From NCBI GenBank assembly GCA_964402535.1, contig CAYOCH010000001.1, forward strand, positions 72,286 to 136,285: DNA of 64,000 nucleotides, in the 5' to 3' direction. Position numbers and translations under genes: made by a program. Under the pieces are notes generated by a model, which saw nothing but the letters and a program-made list of their open reading frames with translations, made no database searches and was not told the origin of the DNA. Shown here one piece after another: positions 1 to 9,873 of this stretch. The DNA comes from an uncultured Candidatus Saccharibacteria bacterium (GTDB lineage: Bacteria; Patescibacteriota; Minisyncoccia; Phycocordibacterales; Phycocordibacteraceae). Every line of letters starts with the position of its first letter. Positions within the stretch are counted from its first letter, which is position 1.

Positions 1-83
1 CCCATTCGAATATCCTACCTCGCAACTATCCACTAATTATAACGGCCGTTAGACTTAGTGGATAACCGTTGTCTGGCTGTGAC

Positions 84-130
84 AAAAGAAAAAGCCGCGA
101 GGAACGCTAGATTCAGCGCTCTCGCGGCCC
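84..130 (-). terminator. Probable intrinsic terminator downstream of gyrA
   Basis: GCCGCGAG...CTCGCGGC stem, followed on the minus strand by TTTTTCTTTT. Confidence 0.45.
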
Positions 131-212
131 GGGCCTTCGTTGTCCGTCAAGCCGACTTCAGGCATCCGCTGGCGGTATGAGATACCCGGGAAATGCCTCA
201 AACTTGATAAGG

Positions 213-407
213 TTAGGGTCGACCCCTTCCCGTTCCGGGGATGACGTTATCACGGTGCGGCCCCGTTCGCCAATTAATCTCAAAGCTTATCGAATACTTG
301 TTCGGGATATCCCACCGGGAGAACCGCAACCACAGGAATTGAAACTTGTTAGGAGCGATCTTCCCGAATCCGAACCGATTGAGCGTCAGTTCGATATCGA
401 TCGACAT
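213..407 (-). CDS. Possible small hypothetical protein coupled to gyrA
   Basis: 64-aa ORF whose ATG lies 1 nt after the gyrA stop; no recognisable motif. Confidence 0.25.
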   Translation of the reverse strand: MSIDIELTLNRFGFGKIAPNKFQFLWLRFSRWDIPNKYSISFEINWRTGPHRDNVIPGTGRGRP

Positions 408-408
408 G

Positions 409-2880
409 CTAGAGCGCGACCATCGAGGCGATCGAGTCGCCCTCGTAGAGCTTCATCACGCGGACGCCCTGGGTGGCGCGCGAGAGGAGCGAGATCTCGG
501 CGACCGATGTGCGGATCACCTGCCCCTTCTTCGAGACGACAACGAGCTCCTCTTCGTCCACGTTGCCTGCGAGGACGCGCGCACCGATGATCTCGCCCGT
601 CTTCGGTGTGACTTCCGCGGTCTTGATGCCCGAGCCGCCGCGACCCTGCACCTTATACTCTGACATCTTAGTGCGCTTGCCGTAGCCCTTGCTCATCACC
701 ACGAGGAGCGAGGCGTCCTTAGCCGATGCAGGGATCACCTCGGCCGAGACGACGCGGTCGCCCTTCTTGACGCTCATGCCGCGGACGCCGCCCGCGGTGC
801 GACCCATCTCGCGCACGTCCTCTGCCTCAAAGCGGATCGACTGCCCTTTCGCCGTCACTATCGAGACCGTGTCGCCCTCGCCCGAGAGGTTTGCAGAGAC
901 GAGCGTATCGCCCTTCTTGAGGTTGATCGCGATGATGCCCGAGCGCCGCACGTCGGCGAAGCTCTTGGCCGCGACGCGCTTGGCGACGCCCTCGAGCGTC
1001 ACGAACACGATCGAGGAGGCCTCAAGGGCCGCGCCCTTCGGCACCGCGAGAACGCTCGTCACCGACTCCTCGCCCGCGAGCTGGAGGAAGTTCATGATGC
1101 TCTTGCCCTTGGTCGCGCGCTTGCCCTCGGGGATCTCGTACATCTTGAGCTGGTAGGCTTTGCCGAGATTCGTGAAGAAAAGGAGGTCGCTGTGCGCCGA
1201 TGCGACCAGGAAGTGCGTCACCACGTCCTCCTCCTTGGTCGCGATGTCGACGACGCCCACGCCGCCGCGCTTCTGCTTGCGATACTCAGCCGGGTTCGTG
1301 CGCTTCACATAGCCGCCCTGCGTGAGGACGAGCATCGAGTCCTCGTCCGGCACGAGATCTTCTACTGAAATGTTCTTCACGCCGCCCTTCATGATCTTGG
1401 TGCGGCGGTCATCGCCATACATCTGCGCGAGCTTCTCGAGCTCGCTCTTCACCACGGCGAGGATCTTCTTGGGCGAGGAGAGGATGTCCTTCAATTTCTT
1501 GATCAAAGCCTGGATCTCAGTGAGCTCGTCCTCGATCTTCTTGCGCTCAAGGCCGGCCAAGGTCTGGAGGCGCATCGCGAGGATCGCTGCCGTCTGCCGA
1601 TCGGTGAAGCCGAACTTCTTGCGGAGCGCGAGATCGGCCGAGGGCACGTCCGGCGCCTTCTTGATGATAGCGATCACCTCGTCGATATGATCGAGCGCCT
1701 TTGAGAGGCCGAGCAAAATGTGTTCGCGCTCTTCGGCCTTCCTCAGGTCGTGCTCGGTGCGGCGCTTCACCACCTCTTGGCGGTGCTTGATGAAGTGCCC
1801 GAGCATGTCCGAGAGCGAGAGCATCTCGGGGACGCCCTCGACAAGGGCGAGCATGTTGTAGTGGAAGGTGCTCTCAAGCTCGGTGTGCTTGTAGAGCGCG
1901 TTCAGGACCGCCTGCGGATGCGCCGTGCCCTTGAGCTCCACCACGATGCGGATGTCCGAGGTCGACTCGTCGCGCAGGTCGCGGATGCCCTCGAGCTTCT
2001 TCTCCTGCACGAGCTCGGCGATGCGCGCGATGAGGTCGCTCTTGTTCACGCGGTACGGGATCGAGGTGATCACGATGCGCGTATCTTTCTTCCCATCATC
2101 AATAATCTCGGCCTCGCCGCGCACCACGACCGGCCCTTTGCCGGAGCTATAGGCGTGCGTGATGTCCGCCTTGTTGAAGGCGACGCCCCCGAGCGGGAAA
2201 TCAGGCCCCTTCACGAACTCGAGCAGGTCGCTCGTGGTGGCGTCCGGGTTGTCGATCAGGTGCACGGTCGCGTCGACGACCTCGCGGAGGTTGTGCGGCG
2301 GGATATTGGTCGCCATGCCGACCGCGATGCCGAGCGTCCCGTTCAAAAGCAGGTTCGGGAGCGCCGAGGGGAGCACGTTCGGCTCCTCGCGCGTCGCATC
2401 GTAGTTGGGGTTCCACGCCACGGTCTCCTTCTCGATATCGGTGAGGAGCGACTCTGCGATGCGCGACATCTTGGCCTCGGTGTAACGCATGGCCGCCGGC
2501 GAGTCGCCGTCGATCGAGCCGAAGTTACCCTGGCCGAGGACGAGCGGATAGCGATAAGAGAAGTCCTGCGCCATCTTGGCCATCGAGTCGTAGACAGCGA
2601 CGTCGCCGTGCGGGTGGTACTTGCCGAGCACTTCGCCGACCACCGTCGCCGACTTGCGGAACTTTACGCCCGGAGTGAGGCCCATGTCGCGCATCGCGTA
2701 GAGGATGCGGCGATGCACCGGCTTCAAGCCGTCGCGCACGTCCGGGAGCGCGCGCGAGGTGATCACCGACATCGCGTAGTCGAGATACGAGGTGCGCATC
2801 TCGCTCACGATCGGCTGTTCGATGATGTTCGGCGTTACGGCCGACTCTTCAGACTTCTTGTCTTTATCCTTCGAGGCCAT
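409..2880 (-). CDS. gyrA: DNA gyrase subunit A
   Basis: [23 protein letters not shown] (catalytic Tyr), GyrA-box-like QKRGGVG and C-terminal pinwheel repeats. Confidence 0.98.
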   Translation of the reverse strand: MASKDKDKKSEESAVTPNIIEQPIVSEMRTSYLDYAMSVITSRALPDVRDGLKPVHRRILYAMRDMGLTPGVKFRKSATVVGEVLGKYHPHGDVAVYDSMAKMAQDFSYRYPLVLGQGNFGSIDGDSPAAMRYTEAKMSRIAESLLTDIEKETVAWNPNYDATREEPNVLPSALPNLLLNGTLGIAVGMATNIPPHNLREVVDATVHLIDNPDATTSDLLEFVKGPDFPLGGVAFNKADITHAYSSGKGPVVVRGEAEIIDDGKKDTRIVITSIPYRVNKSDLIARIAELVQEKKLEGIRDLRDESTSDIRIVVELKGTAHPQAVLNALYKHTELESTFHYNMLALVEGVPEMLSLSDMLGHFIKHRQEVVKRRTEHDLRKAEEREHILLGLSKALDHIDEVIAIIKKAPDVPSADLALRKKFGFTDRQTAAILAMRLQTLAGLERKKIEDELTEIQALIKKLKDILSSPKKILAVVKSELEKLAQMYGDDRRTKIMKGGVKNISVEDLVPDEDSMLVLTQGGYVKRTNPAEYRKQKRGGVGVVDIATKEEDVVTHFLVASAHSDLLFFTNLGKAYQLKMYEIPEGKRATKGKSIMNFLQLAGEESVTSVLAVPKGAALEASSIVFVTLEGVAKRVAAKSFADVRRSGIIAINLKKGDTLVSANLSGEGDTVSIVTAKGQSIRFEAEDVREMGRTAGGVRGMSVKKGDRVVSAEVIPASAKDASLLVVMSKGYGKRTKMSEYKVQGRGGSGIKTAEVTPKTGEIIGARVLAGNVDEEELVVVSKKGQVIRTSVAEISLLSRATQGVRVMKLYEGDSIASMVAL

Positions 2881-2889
2881 GTCGCTTGG

Positions 2890-3225
2890 TTAGAACGGGA
2901 TCACCGTCTGCTGCGTCTGCGGCGGTTTGGCGCTCGTCGAGGAGGACGAGTCGACGATCTCGATATGCGCAGGGACGCTATCGCCCGTCTGCGGGAGCGC
3001 CGAGGCGGCTCCGGCAAGCGCGCTAGAGGCCGTGCTGCCTTGTGCAGGCGCCGGCGTGTCGAACGAGCTCCCCGAGATCGCGAATGAGCCGGTTGCGAAT
3101 GAGCCCGTGAGCCACACGAGCGCGATCACGCCCGCGATGCCGGCAGACGCGCCGATCACCACCTTCTTGCGGATATGGTGCGGCTGCCCTTTGACGTATT
3201 CGATATGTTCGAAGAGGGATTTCAT
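2890..3225 (-). CDS. Hypothetical single-TM protein
   Basis: 111-aa ORF co-oriented between the MBL gene and gyrA; one hydrophobic segment. Confidence 0.7.
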   Translation of the reverse strand: MKSLFEHIEYVKGQPHHIRKKVVIGASAGIAGVIALVWLTGSFATGSFAISGSSFDTPAPAQGSTASSALAGAASALPQTGDSVPAHIEIVDSSSSTSAKPPQTQQTVIPF

Positions 3226-3229
3226 GGCG

Positions 3230-3871
3230 TCAGGCCGTCACGACCAGTATACTCCCGTCTTTGCCGACGAGATCCTTCTTCTTGAGCGTAAGCTTGTCGA
3301 CCTTTTCGCTACCGTTGCCGCTCTGCTTGAGGAAGGCCTCGAGCGACTTGGGTGCGCCGATGCCGCTCCAATGCATCGGGATGATGATCTTGGGCTCGAG
3401 CGCGACGGCGAGCTTGTGCGCGTCTTCAGCCGAAAGAACGCCGTCGCCGCCCACCGGGACGAAGAGGACGTCGATCTCGTCGAGCGCCTCGCGCGCCTCC
3501 TTAGAGAGTTCGGTCGAGGCGAGGGCGCCCAAGTGGACGATCGTCATGTCCTCGAGGTCGACGGCGTAGATCGTGTTGACCGCCTCCTCCTGCCCCTTGT
3601 CAAGACCGTATTTGCTCTTAGAGAGGAAGCCCTGGATCACGATCCCCTGCCGCTCATACTCGCCCGGGCCGGTGATCGCGAACGGCTTCTTGTCGCCGTA
3701 GGTGACCTCCTCGACGCCGTTCATGTCCTTGTGGTTCCTGGAGACGAGCGCGATGTCTGCGCCGAAGCGCGCAGCCGGGAGAGTCGCCCCTTTGGCGATC
3801 GGATCGAACACAAGCGTCAAGTCACCGAAGGTGACCTTGAAGCACTGTCCGCCGTGATGAGTGATGACCAT
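3230..3871 (-). CDS. MBL-fold metallo-hydrolase family protein
   Basis: ITHHGGQCF start, DP motif, SRNHKDMN (degenerate HxHxDH), HLG, IIPMHW. Confidence 0.8.
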   Translation of the reverse strand: MVITHHGGQCFKVTFGDLTLVFDPIAKGATLPAARFGADIALVSRNHKDMNGVEEVTYGDKKPFAITGPGEYERQGIVIQGFLSKSKYGLDKGQEEAVNTIYAVDLEDMTIVHLGALASTELSKEAREALDEIDVLFVPVGGDGVLSAEDAHKLAVALEPKIIIPMHWSGIGAPKSLEAFLKQSGNGSEKVDKLTLKKKDLVGKDGSILVVTA

Positions 3872-4071
3872 GAAAGTGCTCTTATTCTATCACAAAATGA
3901 GCCTGCGCGACAGCATCTCTACGCGCGAAATCCGGCTCGCTATCCCCTCTTAAATCTTGCGCATCAAGGACGCTCTGATAGGTTAATGAACAGACGTTCC
4001 TAAGGTGTATGCGCAATGCAGCAAGCGCGGGGACGTCTGCTCCCTCAACGTGTCACTGCTAGGAGGTGTCT

Positions 4072-4179
4072 ATGATACCCACGCAATGCAAACCCGTCGC
4101 TGCCATGTCGACTGCACCGCCGACTAGCGCGCTCGCGAAGAAAGCGGCCATCGCCTCGGTACCGAACGGCGACGGCTAG
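4072..4179 (+). CDS. Putative 35-aa peptide (MIPTQCKPVAAMSTAPP...)
   Basis: AGGAGG at 4061-4066 upstream of the ATG; below the ORF-track cutoff. Confidence 0.3.
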   Translation: MIPTQCKPVAAMSTAPPTSALAKKAAIASVPNGDG

Positions 4180-4463
4180 CTCGGCGAGCAGAGGCCGCAA
4201 AAAACTGCGTAGAGACTAATAACAATAAAATTGTTCAATAAGAATAATCCCGATCAGGGACCCTCGGGCCGCCACATCGCGCGGCCCTTTCGTTTTTCTT
4301 ATCCCCACCGGGCCGCTACAGCCGTTGACGGATTCTCGGGCAGTGCTACTGTCGCCAACAGGCGCTCGTTGACCTGGCTGAATCGTCTCGTGCGCCATGC
4401 CACGCCTTCACAGGGCACATCGACTGCAGCTCACCGCTGCACAACTCGAATAGGAGGATGTTG

Positions 4464-4532
4464 ATGAACAGATATTGGAATCATCGCATAACCAAGTTTG
4501 CTGTCGTATCGCGGCCCGGGCAGAGAGCGTAG
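4464..4532 (+). CDS. Putative 22-aa peptide (MNRYWNHRITKFAVVSRPGQRA)
   Basis: AGGAGG immediately upstream. Confidence 0.25.
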   Translation: MNRYWNHRITKFAVVSRPGQRA

Positions 4533-4690
4533 CCAGCGACTCGCTCACTGAGGGACATAGGCCGCACTGCAGCATACTGTAGTTCCCTACTTCCATATCG
4601 ATTGGGAGAGCACCGACGCAGTAAACGATTCAAGCAAGACACTTTCCTCGGCGACACCTGCCGCCACACGGGTTCGCTAACGGCGTACCC

Positions 4691-4724
4691 AAAGGCCACT
4701 CTTCGGAGTGGCCTTTCACTTTTC
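4691..4724 (+). terminator. Hairpin/terminator upstream of rpsA
   Basis: AAAGGCCACTC-TTCG-GAGTGGCCTTT followed by a T-rich tract. Confidence 0.6.
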
Positions 4725-4831
4725 CGCTGTTTCTGGTACAGTCTATTTGTTGCGTGCGGAGCAGTAGGAAAGGAGTAACCCTCTCGCCTTGCGGCGGGAC
4801 ACCCTTTTTGAACATCGGCACTGCTATATAA

Positions 4832-5950
4832 ATGTCTGAAGAGAAGAAAGTCGCTGCGCCTGCAGTGACCATCCATCTGACCGAGGGCCACCCGATGGCC
4901 GAGTTCGTCGACTCGATCCCGACGCCGCCCTCCTCGGGCGATCTCGTCGAGGGTTCGATCATCGCGATGAACCGCGGCCGCGTCTATGTCGACCTGCCGC
5001 CGTTCGGCACCGGCCTCATCTACGGCCGCGAGTACCTGAACGCCGCCGACGTGCTGCGCAAGGCGAACCCGGGCGACACGATCAGCGCCAAGGTCGTCGA
5101 CGCCGCCGGCCGCGACGGCTATATCGAGCTCTCGCTTAAGGAGGCTCGCCAGGCCGCGATCTGGGGCGAGGCCGAGGCCGCTATCCTCTCGGAGACGACC
5201 TACACGCTCACCGTCGACGAGGCGAACAAGGGCGGTCTCATCCTCTCGTGGCAAGGCATCCAGGGCTTCCTCCCTGCCTCGCAGCTCTCGAAGGAGCACT
5301 ACCCGCGCGTGCCGGAGGGCGATAAGGAGAAGATCCTCGGCGAGCTCATGCAGCTTGTCGGCCATCCGCTTTCAGTGCGCATCATCACCGCCGACGCAAA
5401 GGAGGGCAAGCTTATCTTCTCTGAGCGCACCGGCAACGAAGCCGAAGAGAAGGCATCGCTCATCGACAAGTACCAGGTCGGCGACACGGCCGAAGGCGAA
5501 GTGACTGGCATCGTGGACTTCGGCGTGTTCGTCAAACTCGAGCCGGGTCTCGAGGGCCTCGTGCACATCAGCGAGCTCGACTGGGGCCTCGTCGAAGATC
5601 CGCATGCGCTCTTCAAGGTCGGCGACAAGGTGCGCGTCAAGGTGATCGAGATCAAGGACGGCAAGATCTCCCTCTCGGTCAAGGCGCTCAAGGAGAACCC
5701 GTGGCACACCGCGGCCGACCGCTACACCAAGGGCCAGCAGGTGCCGGGCGTGATCATCAAGTACAACAAGCATGGCGCGCTCGCCTCGATCGAAGAGGGT
5801 GTGGCCGGCCTCGTGCACGTCTCAGAGTTCGAGTCGCCGCAGGCGCTTCGCGAGACGCTCGAGCTCGGCAAGACGTATCCGTTCGTCATCTCGCTCTTCG
5901 AGCCCAAGGATCAGCGCATGACGCTCACCTTCGCGGGCAAGGCGAAGTAG
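4832..5950 (+). CDS. rpsA: 30S ribosomal protein S1 (four S1 domains)
   Basis: Repeated S1 motifs (GFLPASQLS, DFGVFV...EGLVHISEL, GLVHVSE). Confidence 0.9.
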   Translation: MSEEKKVAAPAVTIHLTEGHPMAEFVDSIPTPPSSGDLVEGSIIAMNRGRVYVDLPPFGTGLIYGREYLNAADVLRKANPGDTISAKVVDAAGRDGYIELSLKEARQAAIWGEAEAAILSETTYTLTVDEANKGGLILSWQGIQGFLPASQLSKEHYPRVPEGDKEKILGELMQLVGHPLSVRIITADAKEGKLIFSERTGNEAEEKASLIDKYQVGDTAEGEVTGIVDFGVFVKLEPGLEGLVHISELDWGLVEDPHALFKVGDKVRVKVIEIKDGKISLSVKALKENPWHTAADRYTKGQQVPGVIIKYNKHGALASIEEGVAGLVHVSEFESPQALRETLELGKTYPFVISLFEPKDQRMTLTFAGKAK

Positions 5951-5987
5951 CATCGGGAATTAAGAATCTCGAATTAGAAATTTGGAA

Positions 5988-6024
5988 GAAACACCCGCGG
6001 CGCCTCCGGCGCCGCGGGTGTTTT
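5988..6024 (+). terminator. Intrinsic terminator after rpsA
   Basis: AAACACCCGCGGCGCC-tcc-GGCGCCGCGGGTGTTT(T). Confidence 0.8.
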
Positions 6025-6085
6025 GACACATTGTGCAAACGTAGTATAGTGTAGATACGTTCTTTCCCGACAGAGAGGAGTTCAG

Positions 6086-6346
6086 ATGCCGAATATCGAG
6101 ATTCACGGCTGCGGTCATGACGAGGCAAAGAAGAGCGAGAAGAAGATCCTCAAGCACTGCAACTGGCCGGACCTGGTCGTCACGATCGTCACCGACGTCG
6201 TCCGGGATCGCAAAGGCAAGCTACAGCCGTTCCTGCGCGTCTACCAGGACGCGAGCAACATCGCTTGGCCGTTCCTTGAGCGACTCAACTTACACCTCGA
6301 TATCGAGGTCATCGCGGTTCACAAGTTCATCCCCAAGTCACCGTAG
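6086..6346 (+). CDS. Hypothetical protein, orphan cassette
   Basis: TTGACA (6023) and TATAGT (6045) promoter, GAGGAG SD, downstream hairpin; Pro after the start Met is weakly tautomerase-like. Confidence 0.7.
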   Translation: MPNIEIHGCGHDEAKKSEKKILKHCNWPDLVVTIVTDVVRDRKGKLQPFLRVYQDASNIAWPFLERLNLHLDIEVIAVHKFIPKSP

Positions 6347-6359
6347 TTCTGCCCCACTC

Positions 6360-6391
6360 ACAGCCCGCCACGCGCGGGCTGTCGCTTTTCT
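6360..6391 (+). terminator. Intrinsic terminator
   Basis: ACAGCCCGC...GCGGGCTGT followed by a T tract. Confidence 0.6.
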
Positions 6392-6435
6392 GAGCTAATA
6401 AACAATGCCGACGCTTGGTCGACATTAGTTTTTTC

Positions 6436-6636
6436 TTACCCAACTTTTACTATCGGTCTCTGACTTCGATATTCATCCATTACCCTTCGCTGTTCTTCGT
6501 TCGCTTCTCTCAGGACTTGGCGAATGACCTTGGCTTTATCCCCAGATGATTTGCTGAAGAAATCAGAAAAATCGCTCCCGCGCCGAGCGTTATTGCCTCC
6601 AAAAGCCGCAAAAAAACCCTTAATTAGCTTCGTCAT
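6436..6636 (-). CDS. Small protein coupled to the zeta-toxin-like gene
   Basis: ATGA overlap with the upstream ORF; lower GC. Confidence 0.65.
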   Translation of the reverse strand: MTKLIKGFFAAFGGNNARRGSDFSDFFSKSSGDKAKVIRQVLREANEEQRRVMDEYRSQRPIVKVG

Positions 6637-7337
6637 ACGAGTATCCTTTCTAAGTCTTCTAAAGCGTAACTGCCGTTCACGATGCGGTCAAGCTCATCAG
6701 CTGGGACATTCAGTTTGAACTCTTCTCTTCCTGTCTCATAGTCCTTGATGAGGATATTCAATTCTACGTCCTGCCCGAACTGTTCTTTCACCTGTCGAAC
6801 ATTATCGCGCGACGCAAAATAAGCCTTTATGAAGATATCTTTCGACACATGTCTCGTTTCTCGAGCTTCACGTACCTTGGTAAATTCCCAAGCCAAGACT
6901 GGATTCTGATAAATGAACCAGAGTTCAATCGTTCGATTGTGTGCCAGTGAGCGTTGTATATTCCCGGCAGCGTCACCATAAGCAAAAGTGCCGTCTAATA
7001 TGCAGTTCACGTCTCGATCCAAGGCATGATCATACAGAAAGTTGACACCCTTGTTCGCGGCCCTTTGGAAAAGGTGGGCGTTGCTTCCAGCGTACCCGGG
7101 ACACAGACTTCGAATTTCGTCTGCATCGATTCGTATCGGTACGTCTCTAAATTTCTTGATGAGCCCTTTCGAGACTTCCGTCTTGCCCGCACCTGGCGAG
7201 CCTGCCATAAATAGCGAGACCGGGTTTGCAACCGGATGACAACTGGCCGCCGGACAAAATTGTTCAATAATTACTGCCCTGTGATTCTTTATGAACTCTA
7301 TTGCCTCTCTTTCAATGCGCGTCTCCTCATCAGTCAT
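6633..7337 (-). CDS. Zeta-toxin-family P-loop kinase-like protein
   Basis: FMAGSPGAGKT Walker A, IDADEIR, ILDGTF; AT-richer than flanks. Confidence 0.8.
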   Translation of the reverse strand: MTDEETRIEREAIEFIKNHRAVIIEQFCPAASCHPVANPVSLFMAGSPGAGKTEVSKGLIKKFRDVPIRIDADEIRSLCPGYAGSNAHLFQRAANKGVNFLYDHALDRDVNCILDGTFAYGDAAGNIQRSLAHNRTIELWFIYQNPVLAWEFTKVREARETRHVSKDIFIKAYFASRDNVRQVKEQFGQDVELNILIKDYETGREEFKLNVPADELDRIVNGSYALEDLERILV

Positions 7338-7358
7338 ACTTTGACGAAGAGGGAATCT

Positions 7359-8030
7359 TTATCGCGTGTTGGCGAACATCGTCGCCGCTTCGACGCCGTC
7401 AGAGGCGAAGAGTCGTGCGGCCTCCGCCGCTTTCTTTATTGCTTTCTTCACTACCGCCTCCTCGCCCGGCTTCCACTTGCCGATCACGTGCTTGATCACT
7501 TTTTCTTCTCCCGACACTTTCTTCGCCTGATTCCGCTTCCCCGCCGCGCTGATGCCGATCCGGATCCGCGCGAAGTCCTTGGTCTTCACGGCGCGCATGA
7601 TGCTCTCGACGCCTTTGTGCCCGCCGCTGCCGCGGCCGACCACCATCTTGATCGTGCCGAGCGGCAGGTCGAGGTCGTCGTGGATCACGAGCAGGTTCTT
7701 CGCTGCCTTAGGCGACTTCACGAACGCGGCGACGGCCTTGCCGGAGAGGTTCATCATCGTCTCGGGTAGGACGAGCGTCGCGTTCTCGGCGCCCACCGTC
7801 CCCTTCACCGAGAGCGCGTTCGCCGTCTTGTTGAAGACGAAGTCGTCGCAATTTTCCTCTCGGGCGAAGAGCTCTACCGCGCTCCGGCCTGCGTTGTGAC
7901 GCGTCTTCTCGTACTCCTTGCCCGGATTCCCGAGCCCGACGATGACGATCGAGCGCGAGGACGAATGCTCGAATCCTTTTCGAGCATTCGCTCCGAGCGC
8001 GATGTGTGTACGCTTACGTACGAATGCCAT
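7359..8030 (-). CDS. pth: Peptidyl-tRNA hydrolase, with an N-terminal palindromic insert
   Basis: VGLGNPGKEYEKTRHNAG, MNLSG, HDDLD, GGHKG. Confidence 0.93.
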   Translation of the reverse strand: MAFVRKRTHIALGANARKGFEHSSSRSIVIVGLGNPGKEYEKTRHNAGRSAVELFAREENCDDFVFNKTANALSVKGTVGAENATLVLPETMMNLSGKAVAAFVKSPKAAKNLLVIHDDLDLPLGTIKMVVGRGSGGHKGVESIMRAVKTKDFARIRIGISAAGKRNQAKKVSGEEKVIKHVIGKWKPGEEAVVKKAIKKAAEAARLFASDGVEAATMFANTR

Positions 8031-8104
8031 ACGCGCCATCGTACCACGCTCATGTCGCTCTCATGAACCTTGCGCGGTTCCTGCGACCGCGTACAATACG
8101 CGCT

Positions 8105-8689
8105 ATGCAAGATACCGGAAAGGGCCTCTTGAAGGATCTTTTCACGCTCGCTCTCCTGATCGTCGTTGTCGTCATCCCCATCCGCGTCTTCGTCGTCTCC
8201 CCCTTCGTGGTCGACGGCGAGTCGATGCACCCGACGTTCGAGAATCTCGACTACCTGATCGTCGACGAGCTCATCTACGACTTCAAGGCACCGGCGCGCG
8301 GCGACGTGATCGTCTTCCGCTACCCCGGCAACCCCTCCATCTTCTACATCAAGCGCATCATCGGGCTCCCTGGCGAGACTGTCTCGATCAACCACGGCAT
8401 CGTCTCGATCACGACCGCCAAGGGCGATCATCTGACCTTGAACGAGCCTTACATCGTGAACGAGGACGCCACCTACACCAAGAGCGTGACCTTAAACGCG
8501 GACGAATATTTCGTCATGGGCGACAACAGGCCGAACTCCTCTGACAGCCGCGTCTGGGGTCCCTTGCCCAAGAAGGACATCATCGGCCGCGTCGACCTGC
8601 GCCTCCTGCCCGTCGGTGAGGCAGGCTTCTTCCCAGGCACCGCGTCCTACCAGATGAATGCGAGCACGACCGCCCTCGTGACCCCATGA
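8105..8689 (+). CDS. lepB: Signal peptidase I
   Basis: GESMHPT, RGDVIVF, YIKRIIGLPGE, MGDNRPNSSDSR. Confidence 0.95.
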   Translation: MQDTGKGLLKDLFTLALLIVVVVIPIRVFVVSPFVVDGESMHPTFENLDYLIVDELIYDFKAPARGDVIVFRYPGNPSIFYIKRIIGLPGETVSINHGIVSITTAKGDHLTLNEPYIVNEDATYTKSVTLNADEYFVMGDNRPNSSDSRVWGPLPKKDIIGRVDLRLLPVGEAGFFPGTASYQMNASTTALVTP

Positions 8690-9825
8690 CCCGCGACGTG
8701 ATCCCAGCGGACGAACTCCTCTTGAAGGCACACGCAGTGGGTCAGTACTACGGCTTCACCCCGCTCTCTGCGCTCACCGCCCGCTCGCGCGGCTCGGTGA
8801 AGAAGGCGAACACGGACGCCCTCACCAACCTCACGCTCGACCCGGTCGCCGAGTCGGTCGTCAGCTTCTTGAAGCACTGTCAGAACGTCGAGTGCGCACC
8901 CTCCTCGCGCCAACCGCTCTTTCTCTGGCACACCAACATCGCGCCCGGCCGTCCGGCACAGAAGAAGGCGACGATCCAGTTCCACGCGATCGGCGCCGAT
9001 CGCGCGATCGCAGACGTGGTGGTAATCCGCGCGCTCGTCGCGCTCGCGCGCGACCTCTTTCACGAAGAGCCGACGGTGCGCGTGAACTCGATGGGCGACA
9101 AAGAGACCCGCGCGCGCTACGCGCGCGAGCTCGGCAACTTCTTCAAGAAGCGGGCGAACTCGCTCCCCGAGGAGTGCACGAGCTGCGCCAAGCGCGATGC
9201 GCTCGAGGCCGCCGAGCTCGCGATCGCGAACGCCTACGCCGACGACCTCCCCGCTCCGACCGAGCATCTCTCTGACGCGAGCCGCAAGCGCTTCGAGGAC
9301 CTGCTCGAATATCTCGAGATGACCGAGACGCCCTACGAGCTCGCCAAGGACCTGATCAGCCGCGGCAATATCTGGAACGACGTCTGCTTCGAACTCACGA
9401 TCGGCGACCGCCGGGTCGCCTGGGGCTCGCGCTACGGCGACCTCACTCGCCACTTCTTCCCAGGCCAGGGGCTCTCAGCGACCGGGGCCGTCTTCCAGAT
9501 CGCGAGCGAGGGTAAGCTCGTCAAGAAGCCGCCCGTACCGCGCCTACGCTTCTCCTTCGTCCATATCGGCGACGAGGCCAAGCGCCTCTCGATCCGGCTC
9601 GCAGACGAGTTCCGCAAGGCGCACGTGCCGCTCACGCAGCACATCGGCGTCGAGTCACTGACCGAGCAGCTCCACCTCGCCGAACGCACCAACCCGCCCT
9701 ACCTCCTCATCATGGGCCGCAAAGAGGCGCTCGAGAACACGGCGATCCTTAGGAATCGCAAGACCCAAGAGCAGACGGTAATCCCCCTCTTCGGCCTCGC
9801 CGAACAGTTGAAGGCGGTCGCCTGA
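8686..9825 (+). CDS. Degenerate HisRS-like protein with C-terminal anticodon-binding domain
   Basis: HisS-like layout (VNSMGD, F..LLEYL, ..LISRG, SLTEQL..A, LIMGRKE) without canonical class II motifs. Confidence 0.7.
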   Translation: MTRDVIPADELLLKAHAVGQYYGFTPLSALTARSRGSVKKANTDALTNLTLDPVAESVVSFLKHCQNVECAPSSRQPLFLWHTNIAPGRPAQKKATIQFHAIGADRAIADVVVIRALVALARDLFHEEPTVRVNSMGDKETRARYARELGNFFKKRANSLPEECTSCAKRDALEAAELAIANAYADDLPAPTEHLSDASRKRFEDLLEYLEMTETPYELAKDLISRGNIWNDVCFELTIGDRRVAWGSRYGDLTRHFFPGQGLSATGAVFQIASEGKLVKKPPVPRLRFSFVHIGDEAKRLSIRLADEFRKAHVPLTQHIGVESLTEQLHLAERTNPPYLLIMGRKEALENTAILRNRKTQEQTVIPLFGLAEQLKAVA

Positions 9826-9873
9826 TGGAGAAAGTAGACAGGTAACGCCTGCGTGTGCTAGAGTCATCGAATC

